Origin: Sumerlaeia bacterium
GTDB taxonomy: Bacteria; Sumerlaeota; Sumerlaeia; SLMS01; JAHLLQ01
Assembly (NCBI GenBank): GCA_040219255.1
Contig: JAVJSW010000069.1
Location: forward strand, 1 to 64,000
Direction of reading: 5' to 3'
DNA length: 64,000 nucleotides
Under the pieces are notes generated by a model. The model did no database searches, was not told where the DNA came from, and saw nothing but the letters and a program-made list of their open reading frames with translations. A program made the translations under genes and the position numbers. Numbering within the stretch: the first letter of the stretch is position 1; the number at the start of each line of letters is the position of its first letter. Below, one piece after another: positions 9,636 through 16,900 of this stretch.

Positions 9636-10151
9636 TTAGGCTGGCTGGCCTTCGCGCAGGAGGCGCCCCGCTTCTCGAACCGCCTGGAAAATCTTGGTGT
9701 AGCCTGTGCAGCGGCAGAGGTTGCCCGCAAGCCCAGCCATCATCTCATCGTCCGTCGGCTCGGGATTGCGCTCCAGGAGCGCCTTGGCCGCCATCAGCAT
9801 CCCCGGGATGCAGAAGCCGCACTGGCAACCGCCCGCCCGGATCAGCTCTTCCTGCAGCGGATGGAGGTGCTGGAGATCCGGAGCGAGGCCCTCGATGGTG
9901 GTGAGTTCTTCCTCGTGGAAGCTGTGCGCCAGCATGAGGCAGGAGCACGCGATGCCGCCCCGCGCGATCACCGAGCAGGCGCCGCATTCCCCGACGCCGC
10001 ACCCCAGCTTGGACCCGGTCAGGCCGCAATCTTCCCGCAGCACATCGAGCAACCGCGCGTCCGGCTCCGCTTCGATGTCGTAGCGCTTGCCGTTGACGAA
10101 GAGCGTCAGCGGCAGCCGGGTCTTGGACAGCGTATTCTTCATGGTGCTCAT
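9636..10151 (-). CDS. 2Fe-2S subunit of xanthine/CO dehydrogenase family (CoxS-like)
   Basis: GCGVGECGACSV, QCGFCIPG, NLCRCTGY. Confidence 0.92.
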   Translation of the reverse strand: MSTMKNTLSKTRLPLTLFVNGKRYDIEAEPDARLLDVLREDCGLTGSKLGCGVGECGACSVIARGGIACSCLMLAHSFHEEELTTIEGLAPDLQHLHPLQEELIRAGGCQCGFCIPGMLMAAKALLERNPEPTDDEMMAGLAGNLCRCTGYTKIFQAVREAGRLLREGQPA

Positions 10152-10159
10152 GGGGACGG

Positions 10160-11179
10160 TCAGAGAACTCCTGTGGGCGCGGGTTTGGGCGGGGAAGGGG
10201 GAGTGCCGGCGGACAGCTCGCACTGGGCGAGGTCTTGCAGGAACAGCCGGGTCTGATTGCGGCACAGCAGGCGCTTGTAGTCGGCGCTGCCGCGAATGTC
10301 GGTGATGGGGGAAATGTCTCTGTCGAGCAGTTCGACGGCCGCCTCGATGACGCCGGGCGTCAGGATCTTTCCGGCGAGGAAGGCCTCGGCGGCGAAGGCG
10401 CGCCGGGTAGTCGGGGCGGCGGAGCCGAAGGCGAGTCGCAGTTCCACGACCTCGGTCCCGCGCATGCGCGCCCAGCCCGCCACACAGGCCACGGAAATGA
10501 CCTGGGCGAGCCGCGCGCCCGCCTTGTAAAACATGTTGGTGGCGTACTCCGCCGGGCCAGAACCGTTCGCCGGGGGCAAGGGGCCGTGGCGGGGAATGGT
10601 GTTGAGCTTCAGTTCATCGCCCGGCTCAGCGATCAGCGGCCGCGGATCGGCGGGCTTGAACGCGCTCATGGGGACGCGGATTTCCACGATCAATTCGTCC
10701 GCCGCGATCACGGTGCGGCCCGGTCCGGTGAGGAATTCGTGCAGCGGCAGAACGCGCTCGGCACTCTCCGACCGCAGCACCACTTCTCCCCCGGCGGCCA
10801 TGATCGCCGGGACCGTGTCGGCCGCGGGGGATGCATTGCCCAGGTTCCCGCCAAGGGTGGCCTGGTGCTGCATCTGGGGGCCGCCGAGCCACTGGCAAGC
10901 GCGCCAGAGCGCCGGAAAACGTTCGTGAATCCAGGGGTCCTGGAGGCAGTCGCGGGCCGTGGCGGTGGCGCCAAGGCGAAGCCAACTCTCTTCGCGCCGG
11001 ATGGAGCGCAGGCCCTCGATATGCGAGAGATCGAGGAACGCCCGGGGTGCCATGATGCCCGCGCGGATTTTCACCAGCAGGTCGGTGCATCCCGCCGACG
11101 GCCTCAGGTCCGGCCCCCACTCCGCCTTGAGCGCGAGGGCTTCCTCCAGCGACGTGGGGCGGAAAAATTGCTCGGCCAT
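10160..11179 (-). CDS. FAD-binding subunit of xanthine/CO dehydrogenase family (CoxM-like)
   Basis: PTSLEEAL, AGCTDL, ATLGGNLGNASPAAD, PITDIRGSADYK. Confidence 0.92.
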   Translation of the reverse strand: MAEQFFRPTSLEEALALKAEWGPDLRPSAGCTDLLVKIRAGIMAPRAFLDLSHIEGLRSIRREESWLRLGATATARDCLQDPWIHERFPALWRACQWLGGPQMQHQATLGGNLGNASPAADTVPAIMAAGGEVVLRSESAERVLPLHEFLTGPGRTVIAADELIVEIRVPMSAFKPADPRPLIAEPGDELKLNTIPRHGPLPPANGSGPAEYATNMFYKAGARLAQVISVACVAGWARMRGTEVVELRLAFGSAAPTTRRAFAAEAFLAGKILTPGVIEAAVELLDRDISPITDIRGSADYKRLLCRNQTRLFLQDLAQCELSAGTPPSPPKPAPTGVL

Positions 11180-11320
11180 GAAAGAAACGCTCCTCAGCCC
11201 GGCGCCCGCGCCCGGGATGGTTCAACGGGTCAAGGTGCGGAGAGGCGGGCGGGTTGTCAAACGCGAAAGGCGGCGGAGCGATTCAAATTCGGGGAGGCGT
11301 CATCCGACTCCTCCAAATTT

Positions 11321-11616
11321 TCACCACCGAGCCACCGAGAACACAGAGAATTTTGCGGTTATTGGAGTTGGGCACAGGAGTCCGGGGGAGCGCGTTGAGA
11401 TGCGGATGAAACCTGCGACCATAGTTCATTGGCGAGAGATTGGGCCGAAGGTCGATAGGAAGTCCCAATAACCAGAAAAATTGTCGATTCCGAGAGGAAA
11501 TGAACGTGAGAAAAGTGAGGCAAAAAAACTACGCCATTGATTTCACCAGGATTGGCGCTCCGTATATTTGACGACCTCTGTAAAAACTCACTTCTCAGTG
11601 TTCCTCCGTTGCGAAA
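11321..11616. repeat. Periodic-arm inverted-repeat element, degenerate copy
   Basis: Left arm TCACCACCGAGCCACCGAGAACACAGAG (11321-11348); only a loose right partner near 11594-11616. Confidence 0.5.
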
Positions 11617-11653
11617 GATTGGGCGGCGTCCTTCACTATGATTCTTCCAGAAA

Positions 11654-11957
11654 TCACCGCTGAGACGCAGAGAACGCAGAGATAATTGGCGCTTTTGAAG
11701 TTATTCCAAACAACCGGCGGGCCTCGGTTCCTGGCTGGATGACTGCATAACGGCGACCGATTCTTTTGAAAAGAAAATATCGATGCAGGAAAATGCCAGA
11801 ATTGCCGCGACTTTAGTTGGGTCTGACAAGTATTCTGATTTGGAATTCATTTGCATCCTACTGATTTCGTTTGTCTTGGTGCAGACAACTCACGTTCCTG
11901 ACCACACCTTTCAAATGATCTCTGTGGAATCTCTGTTCTCCGTGCCCTCTGCGGTGA
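11654..11957. repeat. Periodic-arm inverted-repeat element
   Basis: Left TCACCGCTGAGACGCAGAGAACGCAGAG (11654-11681); right CTCTGTTCTCCGTGCCCTCTGCGGTGA (11931-11957); AT-rich interior. Confidence 0.7.
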
Positions 11958-12030
11958 AGGACCGCGGGTCTTCCATCCCCCCGCCCCCTTCCCCTTGACC
12001 CGCCGCCCGCCGCCCGCAGAGGTGACGGGC

Positions 12031-12690
12031 ATGAGCTTTACCTTTCCTCTTCACCGCGACATCGGCGGCGGTCTGCTGCTGACCCACACCCGGCCCGGGC
12101 ACGCCGGGGCGCTGGCCGAATTGCAGGCCATCGTCTTTCCCGACCTCGCGCCGCAGGAACGGTTCTCCGCCGCGAATTACCGCAAGCACGTCGAGATCTT
12201 TCCCGAAGGCCAGATGCTGGTGCTGGACGGCGAACGGGCCGCCGGCATGACGACGACCATCCGCATGGGGTTCGATTTCGAGGCCTCGGCCCAGCACAGT
12301 TTCGCCGAGGTCAGCGCCGGCGGCGACCTGACCACTCATGAACCGGACGGCGAGTGGCTCTATGGCATGGACATCGGGACCCATCCGGAGTACCGGCGGC
12401 GCGGCATCGCCAAGGCGCTCTATCGCGCGCGCCAGGACCTGGTCCGCCACCTCGGTCTGCGCGGCCAGGTTACCGTCGGCATGATGAACGGTTATGGCGC
12501 GGTGAAGCAGGACATGACGGCGGAGGAGTACTTCGAAAAGCTGAAGGCGGGCGCCGTTTACGACCCGACCGTTTCGACGCAATGCCGCCTCGGGTTCCGG
12601 CCCATGTGCCTGGTGCCGGACTACCTGCACGATCCGACCTGCGACAACTACGGGGTGCTGATTGCGCTGGATGCGGATATAGACATTTGA
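12031..12690 (+). CDS. GNAT family N-acetyltransferase (YkwB-like)
   Basis: FPEGQ, WLYGMDIGTHPEYRRRGIAKALY acetyl-CoA motif, MTAEEY..DPTVS. Confidence 0.85.
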   Translation: MSFTFPLHRDIGGGLLLTHTRPGHAGALAELQAIVFPDLAPQERFSAANYRKHVEIFPEGQMLVLDGERAAGMTTTIRMGFDFEASAQHSFAEVSAGGDLTTHEPDGEWLYGMDIGTHPEYRRRGIAKALYRARQDLVRHLGLRGQVTVGMMNGYGAVKQDMTAEEYFEKLKAGAVYDPTVSTQCRLGFRPMCLVPDYLHDPTCDNYGVLIALDADIDI

Positions 12691-12742
12691 GTAAGATAGA
12701 GGAAATGCCGGTGGATTGAGGTTTTGGGAGGACTTTTGGAAT

Positions 12743-12920
12743 TCACCACAGAGTCACAGAGGGCACAGAGATTTGTCCTTGAGAACTTTCGGGTCAGGAA
12801 AATTTTTTGTTCCAAGCCACTTGTTCTTTATATATTTAAGATACGCTGGCTAACTGAAAACGATACAAAAAATAACCTTAAATACTCCCATCCTCTGTGC
12901 CCTCTGTGACTCTGTGGTGA
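12743..12920. repeat. MITE-like element with perfect 28-bp inverted arms
   Basis: TCACCACAGAGTCACAGAGGGCACAGAG (12743-12770) is the exact reverse complement of 12893-12920; very AT-rich 122-bp interior. Confidence 0.9.
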
Positions 12921-12976
12921 TATTCTTCCATACAAAGGGCCACAAGGTATCGCACGATGCTCTCGACTCAGCCTCC

Positions 12977-13591
12977 TTACTCCTCCGGCGCGTCCTTCAT
13001 CCAAAGCTCGATCAGCTCGGCGGGCCAGTAGGCCTGGGGCAGGACGGCGATGGCCCGCGTTTCGTGGGTGGGATCGATGAGGACCGGCAGCCAACTGTCG
13101 CGCAGATACCCGCCGGGGAGGCTGGCCCGGTGGATCAGCAAGTCGGTGAAGAAGACGGCGCGGCTGTCGGTCAGGTCCTCGGGAAGCGCGTGACGCCCGC
13201 CGCGGCGGCGCTTGGCGGAGACGCGCCGCCCGAGTTCGCGCAGGTCCTCGCGCCCCCGGTCGTCCGATGGCAGCGACACGAGGACCTGGGCCAGGTCCAG
13301 CAAATCCAGGATGTGGCCGTCGTAGTGCGGATCGAGGCCGGTGACGACGGCGGCGGGGCGGTCGCCGGCCTTGGGCGCGAGGAGCGCGGCGTTGGCGGTC
13401 ACGACGGCAGCCCAGACGACCTCGCCCCGTTGGCGGAGGATCTCCGCGTCGGCGGCGGAGAGCCTGAGCGGATCGCGCGTGAGGGCGGCCCAGAGCGGAG
13501 TCGGCAGGGCAAGGGCTTGGAGCGTGGGCGACCGGGGATCGCGGGGCGGTCGGCCGAGCGCTTCGCGGCATTGGAAAAGCAAGTTTTCCAT
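12977..13591 (-). CDS. Hypothetical protein
   Basis: 204-aa ORF with genome-typical codon usage and globular composition; no family recognised. Confidence 0.6.
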   Translation of the reverse strand: MENLLFQCREALGRPPRDPRSPTLQALALPTPLWAALTRDPLRLSAADAEILRQRGEVVWAAVVTANAALLAPKAGDRPAAVVTGLDPHYDGHILDLLDLAQVLVSLPSDDRGREDLRELGRRVSAKRRRGGRHALPEDLTDSRAVFFTDLLIHRASLPGGYLRDSWLPVLIDPTHETRAIAVLPQAYWPAELIELWMKDAPEE

Positions 13592-13747
13592 GCCGGAGGG
13601 TTCGTCGTTCAGGAAGTCGGCGGGGGTAATGGCGGGGAGGACCTTTCGCGGCGAGGGGTGAATGCGCCTATCGAAGACTGGGAGGACATCGATGGGAAAG
13701 GCAAGAATCCCGCCATCGCCGCGGCGGCCGCAACGTTTGGCGCCCGA

Positions 13748-13882
13748 TCAAGGCCGGGCGATGAGCATGGCTCGTGAGGGCGAGTCGAGCAGGTTCGCCC
13801 CGGCGAAGTACAGGAACACACAAAGGAACAGCCCGAAAATCAAGGCCCAGACCCAAATCGCCTCGTTCGGATAACCCTCCAT
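13748..13882 (-). CDS. Putative 44-aa single-pass membrane peptide
   Basis: MEGYPNEAIWVWALIFGLFLCVFLYFAGANLLDSPSRAMLIARP; purine-rich RBS; directly downstream of the large kinase. Confidence 0.35.
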   Translation of the reverse strand: MEGYPNEAIWVWALIFGLFLCVFLYFAGANLLDSPSRAMLIARP

Positions 13883-13932
13883 GATCCTGTCCCCCGCCCT
13901 GGTGAAATTGGCGGGAATCCGAACCGAAGGTG

Positions 13933-16900
13933 TTAGAGCAAACGGAACCCGAGAAGGGTGATGTCGTCGTGCTGAGGGGTGCCTTCGGCGAACTCCCGAA
14001 CATCAGTGTGGAGCGCCCCCAGGCTTTCTTCAACGTTTAAGTTGAGAGTTTCCTTCAGCCGCTCGACGGCTCTCGCGACGCCGTACTCGTGGCCTTCCCG
14101 GTCCTGCGCCTCCACCACCCCGTCGGTGTACAGGTAGAGCCGGTCGCCCGCTTGCAGGTGCAGCACGGCGTTCTCGTAGGGGATGTCCTCGATGATACCG
14201 ATGGCGGGACCGGCGGCGTCGCTGTCGAGCACTTCGATTTCGCCGCCGCGTGCCAAGAAGAGTTCGGGGTGGCCGGCGCGGGTGTAGGTGAAGGTGCGCC
14301 TGGGAATGTCGAGGATGCCGTAGAGAATGGTGAAGAACTGATTCAGTTCGTTTTGCATCGGGAAGCGGCGGTTCAGGATATGGGCCACTTCGGCGGGCGA
14401 ATTGAAGGTCCGCCGCCCTTCGTCGTCGACGCGGGCGAGCACTCCGCTGCCGGCCTGGGGGACGCGCAGGACATCGCTGAGGGTGACGCTGAGGAAGGCC
14501 GCTTTCACGCCGTGGCCGGCCACGTCGAGGATGTAGACGGCGACGCGGTCTTCGTCGAGGGGCACGACATTGAGCATGTCGCCGGCCACTTCGTCGCAGG
14601 AGTCGAAGATCCAGCCGAACTCCACGCCAGGGAATTCCGGGGCGGCGCGTGGGAGGCGCGATTGCTGGACGCGGGCGGCGGCTGCCAGCTCGCGCTTGAT
14701 CTGGCGGTGGGCGCGGGTCACTTCGTCGAGCCGATGCGCCAGCTCCTCCTCGAGTTCGAGCATGCGCTCGGCCACGCGAAGTTGCGCCAGCACCTCCGCC
14801 GCGTCGATCGGCTTGGTCAGGAACGCGTCCACCCCCGCCTCCATACCTTCGAGGAGGTCGGAGCGGTCGGACTTGGCGGTCAGCATGACGATGTAGAGGT
14901 AATTCTCGCGCCGTTCGCCGCGCACGCGGCGCGTCAGGCCTAGGCCATCCAGCTCGGGCATCATCCAGTCGGTGATCAGGATGGAAAGCTCTGGGTCTTC
15001 CTGCAGGGCCGCGTACGCTTCCTCGCCGTTGACGACTACCCGGGCGTCGTAACCCCAGCGGTTCAAGTACTTCTTGAGCACCTGGCGGGATACCGGGTCG
15101 TCCTCGGCGAGGAGCACGGTGCGTCGCTCGCCGGCGTCCGGCAATTCCTCTTCCCGCTCGGCGGCGGACAGATGCTCGAGCTGCCGCGCGTACTCTTCCA
15201 GGTCTTCGCGGACGCGTTCGTGCTCGGCCCGGATGTAGGACACCGCTTCGTCGAGCCCGTCTTCGTTGCGGGTGGCGACCGCTTCCTCCGCCATGGTGAC
15301 GAAGCGCACGAGGCCCTCGGCGCCGACCTGGCCGCAGCTTCCTTTGAGGCCGTGCAGAGCGCGCCGCAGCACATCCTCGGATTCGGCGGTGTGTTGTGTC
15401 ACCGTGTCGTCGACAAGCTTGATATAGGACCCGGAGGTTTCCAGAAAGAGCCCGATGAGCTTGAGCTGGAATTCCGCATCGCCCTCGGCGACGCGCTCGA
15501 TGTAGCGCGCTTCGGCGCCGGATTTCGTGGAGAGGGCCGTCAGATGGCCCGTTCCCGCCGGGAAGTGGGTAACGGGCGCGAGAGCGTCCTCCGGCAGGTA
15601 CTTTTCCAGACTGGCGTAGAGCTTTTCGGCCTGGATCGGCTTGCTGACGTAATCGTCCATGCCGGCGGCGAGACAGCGCTCCCGGTCGCCCTTCATGGCC
15701 TCGGCGGTGGCGGCGACGATGGGGGTGCGCTTGCCGCCCTTCACGCCCTCCAGGCGGCGGATTTCCCGCGTCGCCTCAAAGCCGTCCATCTCCGGCATCT
15801 GGCTGTCCATGACAACCATGTCGAAGGCCCCGCGGCTCCACTCGTCGACGGCTTGGCGGCCGTTCCCGGCGACTTCGCACAGGTATCCGGCTTTTTCCAG
15901 AATGGTGCGGGCGACGGCCTGATTGACTGGATTGTCGTCCACGATCAGAACCCGAACCGGCAAATCGGAGCGGAGCCGGTGACGGGCGGTGACGATGGGG
16001 ATGTCTTCCTCTGGCGAGGGCAGCGCGATGGGGTGGCGCTCGGCCCCGAGGTTCGTGGCGAGAACGTCGAAGAGATGGGACTGCTTCACCGGTTTGGGCA
16101 GAACGGTGGTCAGCGTGCCATTGAGAAGCGACGGCTTATAGCCGCGGGGCGCCATGAGGACGAATTCCGTGCCGGGGAACTCGGTGAGCGCCGTCTTGGC
16201 GATCCACGCTTCGCCCGACAGGCCCTCGGCCAGGGTCAAGTCCACCAGCGCGATATCGAGCCGCCGGTCCGGCTGATCGCGCTCGCGCAGCAGTTCCAGG
16301 GCCCCGGGGCCGCTGGCCGCCTCAGCGACCTGACAGCCCATCGCTTCCAACTGCTCGCGGACGATTTGCCGATTCTTTTCGTTGTCGTCCACCACGAGGA
16401 CGCGAGGCATCATGTGGGGGGCGATGATCTTCGCCGTCCGCGGCTCGTCCACCACCACGAAGCGGGCGGTGAAGGTAAACGTGGAGCCGGCCCCTTCCTG
16501 GCTTTCGACGGCCACATCGCCGCCCATGATTTCGACGAGTTCGCGGCTGATCGCGAGCCCCAGGCCCGTGCCGCCGTACTTGCGCGTCGTCGACGAATCG
16601 ACTTGGCTGAAAGACTTGAAGAGCCGGTCCATCCGGTCTTCCGGGATACCGATGCCGGAGTCCTGCACATCGAAGCGCAAGATGACCTCGCGCTCCGTGT
16701 CGCCCTCCCGGGCGCGGGCGACGGAGACCACGACCTCCCCGTCCTCGGTGAACTTGATGGCGTTGCCGACGAGATTGAGGAGCACCTGGCGCAGGCGCCC
16801 CGGGTCCCCGAGGATTCGCACGGGGGTGCCCTTGGCCACCCGCACCATCAGCTCCAGGCCCTTTTCCTGGGCCTTGGGCGCCATCAGGTCACCCACCTCC

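Noticed and set aside
11321-12920. CACAGAG repeats as a CRISPR array
   Set aside because: Repeats are inverted pairs with irregular 100-270 bp interiors, not direct repeats with regular spacers; no cas genes.
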